Shown piece by piece: positions 11,492 through 20,905 of a stretch of DNA of 64,000 nt (position 1 is its first letter; each line of letters starts with the position of its first letter). The stretch comes from Candidatus Xenobia bacterium (GTDB lineage Bacteria; Vulcanimicrobiota; Xenobia; Xenobiales; QWHO01): assembly GCA_045863235.1 (NCBI GenBank), contig BTUM01000026.1, positions 1 through 64,000 of the forward strand, given 5' to 3'. Made by a program: the position numbers and the translations under genes. A model generated the notes under the pieces. That model saw nothing but the letters and a program-made list of their open reading frames with translations. It made no database searches and was not told where the DNA came from.

Positions 11492-14377
11492 GTGGCTTCC
11501 GGGCGCAGTCAGTCGTGGAGCCTTCGGTTCCACGACCTCATGCCCCACCAGATCCACTACGTGCTGCTCGTTTCCTCCGACTATGACGCCTTCGTCATCG
11601 AGGAGGACGGGCGGCTCACCGAGCGGCTCTTTGCCGACGCCAGCGAGCTGGACATGCCGGCCATCCCCCGCATCGTGCACGTGGCCACGGCCACCGAGGC
11701 TCTGCAGCAGCTCGAGCGGCGCCGCTTCGACCTGGTGCTCACCACCATGCGCTTGGAAGATCCGGGCATGCTGCGCTTCTCGGTGCGGGTCAAGTCGCGT
11801 TTTCCCAACCTGCCGGTGGTGCTGCTGGTGCTCGACGAGTTCGAGCTGCGCCGGCTCTACACCGCCCCTCTCCCCACGGTGGACTTCGTCTTTTTGTGGA
11901 CCGGCGACTCGCGCATCCTGCTGGCCATCGTCAAGCTGATCGAGGACCAGCTCAACGTCGAGGCCGACACCCGGGTGGGAGTGCAGGTGATCATCGTGGT
12001 GGAGGACTCGGTGCGCCGCTACTCCACCTTCCTGGCCCTGCTCTACAACGAGCTGATCACCCAGTCGCAGACCCTGGCGGCCGAAGGGGTGAACTCCCTG
12101 CACAAGATGCTGCGCGTGCGCTGTCGTCCCAAGATCTTGCTGGCCACCAACTACGAGGAGGCCTGGCAGCACTACCAGGAGCACCAGCAGCACACCCTGG
12201 CCCTGATCGCCGATCTGCAGTTCCCCCGCGAGGGCAAGATGGACGACGAGGCGGGCTTTCACCTGGCCCGGGCCATCCAGGCCAACCAGCCCAGCATGCC
12301 CATCTTCTTGCAGTCGGCCAATCCCGACGTGCAGGCCCGGGCCTGGGAGCTGGGGGCCCACTATGCCGACAAGAACTCCCCCACCCTGCTCAAGGAGATC
12401 CGCTCCTTCGTCAAGGAGACGCTGGGCTTCGGCGAGTTCGTCTTCCGCCTGCCCGACCGCACCGAGCTGGCCCGGGCCAAGGACATGTACGAGCTGGAGC
12501 GGGTTCTGCGCACCGTGGACGGTCGCTCGCTCTACTACCACGCCTCCAACAACCACTTCAACGTCTGGCTCAGAGCCCGCAGCATGTTCGACCTGGCCGA
12601 CTACGTGCAGACCATCAAAGCCTCCGACTTCCCGGAGGTGGAGGACCTGCGCAACCTGCTCGTGGAGCTGATCCGCCTGGCCGGCCAGGAAGAGCAGAAG
12701 GGCGTGGTGGCCGACTTCATCTCGCAGGAAGACGGCTATTCGCGCCCCTTCGTCAAGCTGGGACAGGGCTCGCTGGGCGGCAAGGGCCGGGGCCTGGCTT
12801 ACCTCAACTCGCTGCTCGTGCGCGAGAGCCTGGCCGAGGAGCTCGACGAGTTGCTCATCCAGATCCCCCGCACCATCGTGCTGGCCACCGGCGAATTCGA
12901 TCGCTATCTGGAAAGCTGCGGCCTGGATCCCATCCGCACGTCGCCCGAAGAGATGCGCAAGGAGCTGCTGTGCCGCGAGCTGCCGGAAGAGCTGCTGGGC
13001 CAGCTGCGGGTGGCCCTGCGCAACTTCACCGCCCCCCTGGCGGTGCGCTCCTCCAGCCTGCTCGAGGATAGCCAGCACCAGAGCTGCGCCGGCATCTACG
13101 AGACGGTCTTGCTGCCCAACACCCATCCCGACCCCGAGCAGCGCCTGGCTGCGCTCAGCCGGGGCATCCGGCGGGTCTACGCCTCCATGTTCAGCGACCG
13201 GGCCAAGAGCTACCTCGAGGGCACTCCGTTCTCGCTCGAGCAAGAGAAGATGGCCATCGTGCTGCAAGAGCTGGTGGGCGACCGCCACGGACAGCTGTTC
13301 TATCCCCATTTCTCCGGGGTGGCGTTGTCTTACAACTACTACCCGATCGGCCCTCAGGAGCCCGAGGACGGGGTGGCCCTGCTGGCCCTGGGCCTGGGCC
13401 ACACGGTGGCCGAAGGAGGCCGCTCGGTGCGCTTTTGCCCGCGCTACCCCCAGATTCTGCCCCACCTGTCCTCGCCCAGAGAGTTCTTGCAGTATGCCCA
13501 GTCCGAGTTCTATGCCCTGAGCCTGAGCCAGGCCGAGGAGGCCCTCACTCTGGTTCCCCTCGACCAGGCCGAGGCCGACGGAACCCTGCAGCAGGTGGGC
13601 AGCGTCTACTCGCCAGACGACGATCAGCTGCGCGAGAACTTCCGACTGCCCGGAGCCCGGGTGGTCACCTTCAACAACATCCTCAAGTGGAAATCCCTGC
13701 CTCTGGCCCCCGCCCTGGAGCGGCTGCTGGAGGTGCTGCGCCGGGGCATCGGCTCGCCGGTCGAGATCGAGTTCGCCGTGAGCCTGTCGCGCCCGGCCAC
13801 GCTCTACCTCTTGCAGGTGCGACCCCTGAGCGAGTTTCAGTTGGATACCACCGTCGACCTGGAGAGCATTCAGCCTCAGGACGTGGTGGCCCGCAGCCCG
13901 CGCTCGATGGGCCACGGCAGCATCGAGGTCAACCACGTGCTCTACGTCAAGAGCCAGACCCCCACCGACCTCAAGGCCATCGCCCGCGAGATCGGAGCCT
14001 TCAACCGCGAGCTCGCCCGCGAGGGCTACCTCTTGATCGGACCGGGCCGCTGGGGCTCGTCTGACCCCTCGCTGGGCATCCCCGTGGAGACCGGGCAGAT
14101 CACCGGAGCCCGGGTCATCGTGGAGCTGCCCTTCCTGGACCGTGCCGTGGAGCCCTCGGTGGGCTCGCACTTCTTCCACGAGCTGACCTCGCTTCGCATC
14201 GGCTACCTCTACATCCCCGCCGAGGGCTTCCTGGACTGGAGCTGGCTGGAAAGCCAGCCAGCCAGAGCTGAGACGGAGTCGGTGCGCCACCTGGCCCTGG
14301 CTTCTCCCCTGCAGGTTTTGCTGGACGGGCGCAAGCGGCAGGGCGTGGCGGTCCGCACGGCAAAGAGCCGCGAGTGA
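11492..14377 (+). CDS. receiver-like domains fused to a PEP synthase/PPDK N-terminal (ATP-grasp) domain
   Basis: Two REC-like segments, then GSLGGKGRGLA, LAVRSSSLLED, EKMAIVLQE, PVEIEFA, YLLQVRP; no PEP-binding TIM barrel follows. Confidence 0.85.
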   Translation: MASGRSQSWSLRFHDLMPHQIHYVLLVSSDYDAFVIEEDGRLTERLFADASELDMPAIPRIVHVATATEALQQLERRRFDLVLTTMRLEDPGMLRFSVRVKSRFPNLPVVLLVLDEFELRRLYTAPLPTVDFVFLWTGDSRILLAIVKLIEDQLNVEADTRVGVQVIIVVEDSVRRYSTFLALLYNELITQSQTLAAEGVNSLHKMLRVRCRPKILLATNYEEAWQHYQEHQQHTLALIADLQFPREGKMDDEAGFHLARAIQANQPSMPIFLQSANPDVQARAWELGAHYADKNSPTLLKEIRSFVKETLGFGEFVFRLPDRTELARAKDMYELERVLRTVDGRSLYYHASNNHFNVWLRARSMFDLADYVQTIKASDFPEVEDLRNLLVELIRLAGQEEQKGVVADFISQEDGYSRPFVKLGQGSLGGKGRGLAYLNSLLVRESLAEELDELLIQIPRTIVLATGEFDRYLESCGLDPIRTSPEEMRKELLCRELPEELLGQLRVALRNFTAPLAVRSSSLLEDSQHQSCAGIYETVLLPNTHPDPEQRLAALSRGIRRVYASMFSDRAKSYLEGTPFSLEQEKMAIVLQELVGDRHGQLFYPHFSGVALSYNYYPIGPQEPEDGVALLALGLGHTVAEGGRSVRFCPRYPQILPHLSSPREFLQYAQSEFYALSLSQAEEALTLVPLDQAEADGTLQQVGSVYSPDDDQLRENFRLPGARVVTFNNILKWKSLPLAPALERLLEVLRRGIGSPVEIEFAVSLSRPATLYLLQVRPLSEFQLDTTVDLESIQPQDVVARSPRSMGHGSIEVNHVLYVKSQTPTDLKAIAREIGAFNRELAREGYLLIGPGRWGSSDPSLGIPVETGQITGARVIVELPFLDRAVEPSVGSHFFHELTSLRIGYLYIPAEGFLDWSWLESQPARAETESVRHLALASPLQVLLDGRKRQGVAVRTAKSRE

Positions 14378-16695
14378 GCCAGACCTCAGCCCGCATTCTC
14401 GTCCTGGAAGACGACCCTGACATGCGCGATCTGCTGCGTGAGGTGTTGACCAGCCACGGCTATGAGGTGGTGTCCGTGGCCCGGGGCGAGGAGGCCGTGC
14501 AGCAGGCCGCCAGCGCCCACTTCGACCTGATCGTGGCCGACATTCGCATGGAAGGAATGGACGGCCTGGAGGCCCTGGAGCGCACCAAGAAGCAGCAGCC
14601 CGACATCGGCAGCCTGGTGGTCTCGGGCTACGCCAGCGACGAAGAGGTGGCCCGAGCCCAGAGCCTGCAGGTGGGGGGATACCTGCGCAAGCCCTTCCGC
14701 ATGAACGAGTTCCTCAACCTGGTGGGCGAGCAGCTCCGCGGCCGCTACAAGGGTGAGGAGCGCAGGGCCCAGGGCTCGGTGGCCCGCGACGGCCTGCTGT
14801 GGGCCCTGGAGTCGCTGGCCCGGGTGGCGGACGCGGCCGGCCTGGCCGGGCCTCCGCGGGCCGAACGGGTGGGCACGCTGGCCGAGAACCTGGCCCTGGA
14901 GCTGGGCATGGCCACCGAGGTGGCGCGCCAGTTGCGGGTGGCCGCCATGCTCGCGGCCGTGGACGCCCCCGAAACCAGGCCTCCAGCCTGGCTGATCGCT
15001 TCCGACCTGCTCTCGGTCATGGGCCAGGCGCTCAAGCAGGGCAACCCGGCCCCGGTCGAGAGCCGGGTGGTGTCTCTGGCCCTGGAAGCCGGCACCCCCG
15101 AGGAGTCGCCCGAGCCCGACGAGCTGGCCCGGCGCGCTGCCGGGCGCTTCGATCCCGAGTTGCTCGAATTCTACGCCCGGGCCCGGTTGCGTCCGGCCGC
15201 GGGGGCTCCGACACCTGCTCCAGCGCGTCCAACCGGCCTTTTAGCCCTGGCCCGCACGCTGGAGCGGGCGGGCGACCTGGCCAGCGCCACCCAGGCCTAC
15301 CAGGCAGCCGCCCGCAACGGGGGACGCGAGGGGGTTCAGGCCCTGCTGGGCCTGGCCCGCCTCGAGCCGGCCCAGGCCCCCCAGCGCGCCGCCGAGGCCT
15401 GTCGCGAAGCGGCCGCGCTCGGTCCGGTGGCCCGGGCTCAGGCCGCTCTCGAGGGAGGGGTCGTACTGTATGAGCTGCGCCACGGTGGAGCCCCCGAGCT
15501 CTTGGAGGAGGCACGCGAGAGCTGTTCGCGTCTGGGATTGACCTTCGAAGAGGCGCAGGCCCGCTTGCTGCTGGCCCGCACCGGCCGCACCGAGCCCCGC
15601 CTGGGGGAGGTTCTGAGCTATCTGCTCAATCCTCGCCAGGCGGGCGAGCTGCCCCCCTGGCTGGGGGTGGAGATGCTGGAGCTGAACCCTCCCGTCGAAC
15701 TGGTGCGCCGACTGTTGAACGCCTTTCCCGGGGCCCTGGCCCGGGCCGTGAGCCGCCAGCAGCTTACCGCCGAGGCCCGCAAGAGCCTGCTCGGAGCCCT
15801 GGAACCGGGCCTGAGCGTAGCGCCCGAGCTGCTGCAGGCCCTGACCCAGGATCCCCAGCTGCGCGACCGCGTGCTGAACCTGCAGCATGCCGCCTCGCCG
15901 GAGGCGCTGCTGCGGGTGACCGCCCTGGGCCCCTTCGAGGTGGTGCGGGGCGACCGGGTGCTCGACGAGCGCGAGTGGAAGACCCAGAAGACCCGCTACC
16001 TGTTTGCCTTCCTGGCCTGCCGGTGGGGGACGTTCTTCTCCGAGGATCAGGTGCTCGACGAGTTCTGGCCCGATGACATGGAGAAGGGCAAGAAAAACCT
16101 GTACTGGTCCACCTCGGTGGCCCGTCGGGCCCTGCGCGGCAGCGACGAGAACGCCGGCCCCGAGATCTTGCTGCGCGACCGGCGCGGGCTGGCCCTCAAC
16201 CCGGAGGTGCCCCACTGGCACGACGTGCTGGAGCTGAACAAAGCCTACGAGGAGGCCACCCGCCTGGAGACCGCCTCGCGCCCGGCCGAGGCCGTGGCCG
16301 CCTACCGCCGCCTGGCTCAGCTCTACCAGGGAAGCTACCTGGAGGGGTGCTACATGAACTGGGCCGTCGAGGAGCGCTCGCAGCTCGAGCGCAAGACCAC
16401 CGAAGCTCTGGTGCGCCTGGCCCGCCTGTTGGCCAGCTCGCAGCGCTATCAGGAGGCCCTGGAGGCGGCCCGCCAGGCCCTCTCGCTGGGCAGCCACCGG
16501 CAGGATGCGCACCTCCTGGTCATGCGGGCTCACCTGGGCCTGGGTCAGCCCGAGCTGGCTGTCAAGCAATTCCAGCGCTGCGAGGAGATCTTGCGGCGCG
16601 AGTACGACCTCGAGCCCACCACCGAGTTGCTGGAGTACTTCCACCGGGCCCGGCTGGGGATGGGGGATGCCGAGCCGCGGGCTCGGATGCCCTGA
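14374..16695 (+). CDS. response regulator with helical/TPR-like middle region and SARP-type HTH-BTAD C-terminus
   Basis: ILVLEDD, IVADIRMEGMDG, YLRKPF; later LRVTALGPFEV, FWPD, LYQGSYLEG, YDLEPTTE. Confidence 0.85.
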   Translation: MSQTSARILVLEDDPDMRDLLREVLTSHGYEVVSVARGEEAVQQAASAHFDLIVADIRMEGMDGLEALERTKKQQPDIGSLVVSGYASDEEVARAQSLQVGGYLRKPFRMNEFLNLVGEQLRGRYKGEERRAQGSVARDGLLWALESLARVADAAGLAGPPRAERVGTLAENLALELGMATEVARQLRVAAMLAAVDAPETRPPAWLIASDLLSVMGQALKQGNPAPVESRVVSLALEAGTPEESPEPDELARRAAGRFDPELLEFYARARLRPAAGAPTPAPARPTGLLALARTLERAGDLASATQAYQAAARNGGREGVQALLGLARLEPAQAPQRAAEACREAAALGPVARAQAALEGGVVLYELRHGGAPELLEEARESCSRLGLTFEEAQARLLLARTGRTEPRLGEVLSYLLNPRQAGELPPWLGVEMLELNPPVELVRRLLNAFPGALARAVSRQQLTAEARKSLLGALEPGLSVAPELLQALTQDPQLRDRVLNLQHAASPEALLRVTALGPFEVVRGDRVLDEREWKTQKTRYLFAFLACRWGTFFSEDQVLDEFWPDDMEKGKKNLYWSTSVARRALRGSDENAGPEILLRDRRGLALNPEVPHWHDVLELNKAYEEATRLETASRPAEAVAAYRRLAQLYQGSYLEGCYMNWAVEERSQLERKTTEALVRLARLLASSQRYQEALEAARQALSLGSHRQDAHLLVMRAHLGLGQPELAVKQFQRCEEILRREYDLEPTTELLEYFHRARLGMGDAEPRARMP

Positions 16696-16699
16696 GCGA

Positions 16700-17188
16700 T
16701 CAGCGGGCGAAAGGCGCTCCTTCAAGCCGATCAAGCTTCCAGCCCGACTCCTCTTTGACCAGCACCCAGGTCCAGGTCTTGGAGCGACGGCCGGGGGGAG
16801 GGAGCAGAACCTCGGCCGTCAGCTCGCGGGTGACTCCGGCCCGAGGCTCGCGATAGCGCAGCTCCCAGCGCACGGACTCACTGGCCAGCCAGGCCTTCAG
16901 GTGTCGCTCGTAGATCTCCTTGCTCAACCGGCCGCGCAGCCGTTCGGAAAGAAGACCGTAACTGGCTCCGCTTTCTCCCAGGCGCAGCTCGGTGAGAAAG
17001 GCCCGCGCCACGCCCAGAGGGTTGGCCGTCTGCTCGGTCACCGGTGGGGGAAGAGAGGGCTCCTTCTTGGGCCGGGTTGGCTCGGGGAGAAACGTCACCA
17101 ACAGGAGAATGAGCGCCAACACCAGGACGACGCCTGCGGCACCAGCCGCATACATCCACGGCTCGGGCTGTTTCCTGGCGCTCATCAT
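16700..17188 (-). CDS. membrane-anchored hypothetical protein (NTF2-like soluble domain)
   Basis: Single TM helix; ARAFLTEL...SYGLLSERLR...LVKEESGWKLD. Confidence 0.65.
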   Translation of the reverse strand: MMSARKQPEPWMYAAGAAGVVLVLALILLLVTFLPEPTRPKKEPSLPPPVTEQTANPLGVARAFLTELRLGESGASYGLLSERLRGRLSKEIYERHLKAWLASESVRWELRYREPRAGVTRELTAEVLLPPPGRRSKTWTWVLVKEESGWKLDRLEGAPFAR

Positions 17189-17252
17189 CCCACGGGATGA
17201 TTTCCGGTCCCACCGGAAGGCACCTGCCACTTGCTGTGCTAAAATGGATTGC

Positions 17253-17672
17253 GTGAGACGAAAGTCCCAATTAGGCGTCAGCATGCTTTTGGAGACCATC
17301 TTCGGGATCGGTCTGTTCTCGGTCTCCATTTTGCTCCTCTTCAGCATCTTTCCCACCGCGCATCGCTCGGCCACCCAGGCCAAGAACATGAGCATCGCCT
17401 CCAACCTCTGCCGGGAGATCCTCGAGGAGCAGGTGCGGGCCCGACCCTTTGCCACCATCGTCTCCATCACCCCGGAGGTGCCCGTGCCGCTGGGCACGGT
17501 GGGGGCCCGGGTGCAGGGGGTGGATACGGTTCAGGATTTTCGCTACGAGGTGCTGGTCGACTCCGAGCCGACCCCCAGCCCCAATCTCAAGCACGTGCTG
17601 GCGATCGTCCGCTGGGATGAAGGTGTCATCCGGCGCCAGGTGCGCATGGAGACCTATGTGGCCGATTACTGA
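17253..17672 (+). CDS. type IV minor pilin-like protein (PilV-type)
   Basis: RRKSQLG|VSMLLETIFGIGLFSVSILL; C-terminal LKHVLAIVRW; extended -10 7 nt before the GTG. Confidence 0.75.
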   Translation: MRRKSQLGVSMLLETIFGIGLFSVSILLLFSIFPTAHRSATQAKNMSIASNLCREILEEQVRARPFATIVSITPEVPVPLGTVGARVQGVDTVQDFRYEVLVDSEPTPSPNLKHVLAIVRWDEGVIRRQVRMETYVADY

Positions 17673-18261
17673 ATCCCGGCGCCGGGGCTTTTCGATGATC
17701 GAGCTCATGGTAGCCTCGGCCATCCTGATGTTCTTGCTGGCCGGCCTGTATCTCTTGCTGACAGGGGGGATGCGCTACTACCAGCAGGCTCGCGCCTACC
17801 GGACCTCGCAACACGAGGCTCTGGTGGGGATTCGAGCAGTGCTGGAGGAGCTGGGAGACTCTCGAGCCAGCTCGGTTTCCATCGACTCGACACTGCCCCA
17901 GGCCCACCGCATCATCTTCCCCTCGGGACAGTCCTACCCCGGCGACGGAGGACCGATCCAGTTCCTGGGCGGAGACATCCAGTGGCAGAAATGGGTCTGC
18001 ATCTACCTCGACACCGCCGATAACGAGCTGCACCGGGCCGAGCTGGCCATGGCGCCCACCACCGCGCCCTCGGCCGCCCCCGGCTTCGCCGCCTTTCCCA
18101 TGGCGGGCAACGACAATCGGATTCTGGCCCGCGGCATCATCGAGCTGGGGTGCACCCGGACGAGCCAGGTGCTGCAGATCGTGATCAAGTCGCGCGAGAG
18201 CGTGGGCAGCAACAAGCACACCGAGGTGACCTTGCGCAGCAAGGTCTTCTTGCAGAACTGA
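17656..18261 (+). CDS. type IV minor pilin-like protein (PilW/GspJ-type)
   Basis: RRRG|FSMIELMVASAILMFLLAGLY. Confidence 0.85.
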   Translation: MWPITESRRRGFSMIELMVASAILMFLLAGLYLLLTGGMRYYQQARAYRTSQHEALVGIRAVLEELGDSRASSVSIDSTLPQAHRIIFPSGQSYPGDGGPIQFLGGDIQWQKWVCIYLDTADNELHRAELAMAPTTAPSAAPGFAAFPMAGNDNRILARGIIELGCTRTSQVLQIVIKSRESVGSNKHTEVTLRSKVFLQN

Positions 18262-18272
18262 GAGGACGAGCG

Positions 18273-19556
18273 ATGAAGCGAAGACAGGGCATCGCGATCG
18301 TGGTGGTGCTGCTGGTCATGGCCATCATGGCCGTGGTGGCCGTGGGCATCACCACCATGGGTCTGGGCAACCTGACCCTCACCGGCTCGACCGTCAACAG
18401 CGAGCGGGCCATCTACGCCGCCGAGGCTGGCGTCAACCACGCCCTGGTGGAGCTGAAGGCCAATCCCACCACCTTCGCCGCTCTTCCGGGCACGTTCAAC
18501 GTGGGCTCGGGCACCGACCTGAAATACACCGTGCGGGTCTTTCGCGGGCCCCTCTCGCCTCCCGCCTCCCCGGTCGAGGTGCCCGGGGGTCACATCTACC
18601 TGCAGGGCACGGGGATCCTCCCTTCCGGGGTGTCCAGGCGGGTAGGAGTCATGGTCCGCTTTGGCTCCAGCCCCTGGATCTATGCAGGCTTTGCGGCCAA
18701 CAAAATCTCTGTCAAGCAGAGTTCCTTCGTGCAGTCCTATGACTCGACCCTGGGCCTTGTCTCGCGAGGCACCATTCCCAACATGGCCCACCTGGGCAGC
18801 AACCTCGTGGACGTGGATGCCATCGTGGTGGATAACTCCAGCGTGGACGGCACCGGCTACTCGGCCCCGGCGGCCCCCCCCGGCGCCATCAGCCTGATCA
18901 ACGGAGGAACCATCGCCGGCACGACCAGCATGGCCTCTCCCATCACCCTGCCTCTGGTGGGCCTGCCCACTGACCCGGACCCGACCAAGCTGAAAATGCC
19001 GGTCGACCCCACCGGAGGAGGCTTCCCCGTGGTGGTGGTAGACGACCTCGGCGACCTGGCCTTGCCCCCCTTCAACGCCGCTCTTCCAGGGGTACTGCCC
19101 CAGGGCACCTACGAGAAACTGGAGATCATCGGGGACTTCGACGTCGTGCTGGAGGACGGCGGGGTCTACACTTTCGGCGACATCGTCATCAACGGCAACA
19201 ATGCCAGCGTTGGAGCCCCCCCGGCGGCAACCACGGGGGTGGAGGTGTGGGTGGAGAACAAGCTGGAGATCGCTGACGGCAGTCTCGTCAACCCCACCAG
19301 CCAGCCCTCCAAGATGGCCATCAAGGTGATGAACGGGCCGGTCACCATCAAGGACAAGCGCTCTTCGGCCTTTTACACCGTGTATGCTCCCTCGGCTGAT
19401 GTGTCCATCGTCGGCCGTTCCGCCCTTTTTGGAGGTGCCGTGGCCAACAACCTGACCGTGGACGACCGCTCGGGGCTGATCTACGACGTGCAGCTGCAGG
19501 GAATCAGCACCCCTGGCGTCAACGTGCTGGTGGTCACCGGGCGCGACCGGATGTAG
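18273..19556 (+). CDS. PilX-like minor pilin with C-terminal beta-helical/adhesin-like domain
   Basis: KRRQG|IAIVVVLLVMAIMAVV...AIYAAEAGVNHA; C-terminal VYAPSADVSI..LFGGAVANNL. Confidence 0.85.
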   Translation: MKRRQGIAIVVVLLVMAIMAVVAVGITTMGLGNLTLTGSTVNSERAIYAAEAGVNHALVELKANPTTFAALPGTFNVGSGTDLKYTVRVFRGPLSPPASPVEVPGGHIYLQGTGILPSGVSRRVGVMVRFGSSPWIYAGFAANKISVKQSSFVQSYDSTLGLVSRGTIPNMAHLGSNLVDVDAIVVDNSSVDGTGYSAPAAPPGAISLINGGTIAGTTSMASPITLPLVGLPTDPDPTKLKMPVDPTGGGFPVVVVDDLGDLALPPFNAALPGVLPQGTYEKLEIIGDFDVVLEDGGVYTFGDIVINGNNASVGAPPAATTGVEVWVENKLEIADGSLVNPTSQPSKMAIKVMNGPVTIKDKRSSAFYTVYAPSADVSIVGRSALFGGAVANNLTVDDRSGLIYDVQLQGISTPGVNVLVVTGRDRM

Positions 19557-19559
19557 CTT

Positions 19560-20774
19560 TCAGCGGTCGCCGTGCTGCGTCAGCTGGCCGGCCGGGGTCT
19601 TGCGACTGTCCCAGCCTGAGTCATCCACCGTCTCGACGGCCCGGATATATTTCTGGAAGTCGCTCAGGGACATCTTTTTCTGCTCGCCCCAGGTGTTGAG
19701 GATGACCTGCGGGTCAGCCCCGCTCTTGTCCAGCCCCACCACCAGAATCTTGTGGCCGGGCACGCTCGCGGTGACCGTGCGCCCGCGAGCCAGGTCGTCC
19801 TCCATGTACTGGATCAGGGTGCTGCGATTGCTGCCCACGGTCGTGTCGTTGGTGTAGCCCTGGTTGGGGAAGACCCGGTTGAGGGCCTGCAGCACTTCCC
19901 CTGAGGTGCGCCCGTCAGCATCCTTGTCGGTGGAGTCGTAGCCACCCCAGTGCCCGCTCAGAAGCGAGGTGCACGAGCCCATCAGCGAGTCGGAGAGGTA
20001 CTTGACCGTGAGGCTGCGCTGGTCGTCGGTGCCCTTCTTGTGGGAGTCGTTGCGCTCCAGAGTGCTTCCGTCCGGCATCCTGGTCGACCCCTTCGTGTGC
20101 AGCTCGGTGAGGCAGCGCACGTAGGAGTCGGGATCTTCGATGGCCCACTTCATCTGCACCGAGGTCATGGTGCAGGTTCCCTTGTCCTTCTGGTTGATGT
20201 CGGAGGGGATGGCCAGATCGTGCAGGATGTCCTTCATCAACTGCTGGTTGGGCTCGGCGTTGCCCTGCTTTTGATAAAAGTCGCGCAGCCGGCCCAGGGC
20301 CTGCTCGGCCTTCTCGGGGCCGAGCCTGGAGCGGATCTTGTCGATGTAGCTCAGGTGGCGCGGGTCAGAGAGCTGATCGCGCTCGAGCAGATCGAGCAAC
20401 CCCTTTGTGTGCTCGCTCTTGCCGGTGAGCCGACCCTCGAGCTCGGCCCGGTTCTTGACGGTGGCGGGATCGTTGAAGGGCTCTCGGTGGCTCTTCCAGA
20501 CCTCGTCGTAGGGAGGCTTCTTCTTGGAAGCGTCCGTGAGCCCGCCGGTCAGGGCCGACAGCCAGGGCAGCTCGTCGCCCTCCTCGGACAGACTGGGCGA
20601 CTCAAAGCCGTCCCGCGCGATGCTCGGCTCGGAACTCGCACGGCTCTGAGTGCTCCCTCCGGTGGCCCGGGCCGAGGCCGCCGACGGGGCCGTCGAAGGA
20701 GCGGGAGCGGTGGATTCGGTGCGCTTGCTGGAAACGGACTCGACCGAGCGGGTGGGTTCGGGAGGTGCAGCCAT
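19560..20774 (-). CDS. papain-like (C39/C1-related) cysteine protease domain protein with disordered N-terminus
   Basis: INQKDKGTC (Gln...Cys), GHKILVVG (His), ILNTWG (Asn) in papain-fold order. Confidence 0.65.
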   Translation of the reverse strand: MAAPPEPTRSVESVSSKRTESTAPAPSTAPSAASARATGGSTQSRASSEPSIARDGFESPSLSEEGDELPWLSALTGGLTDASKKKPPYDEVWKSHREPFNDPATVKNRAELEGRLTGKSEHTKGLLDLLERDQLSDPRHLSYIDKIRSRLGPEKAEQALGRLRDFYQKQGNAEPNQQLMKDILHDLAIPSDINQKDKGTCTMTSVQMKWAIEDPDSYVRCLTELHTKGSTRMPDGSTLERNDSHKKGTDDQRSLTVKYLSDSLMGSCTSLLSGHWGGYDSTDKDADGRTSGEVLQALNRVFPNQGYTNDTTVGSNRSTLIQYMEDDLARGRTVTASVPGHKILVVGLDKSGADPQVILNTWGEQKKMSLSDFQKYIRAVETVDDSGWDSRKTPAGQLTQHGDR

Positions 20775-20905
20775 ACCCCTAACCTACCCGACCCGGGCTC
20801 GTCCGGACCTCGAAAGTCGTTACAAAAATGTTGCTCAGATGAGCAAAGTGTGTACATTTTGATCGGCAGGGAGCCAGACGGACCTCTGCGAATTCGCCTG
20901 GTGCA

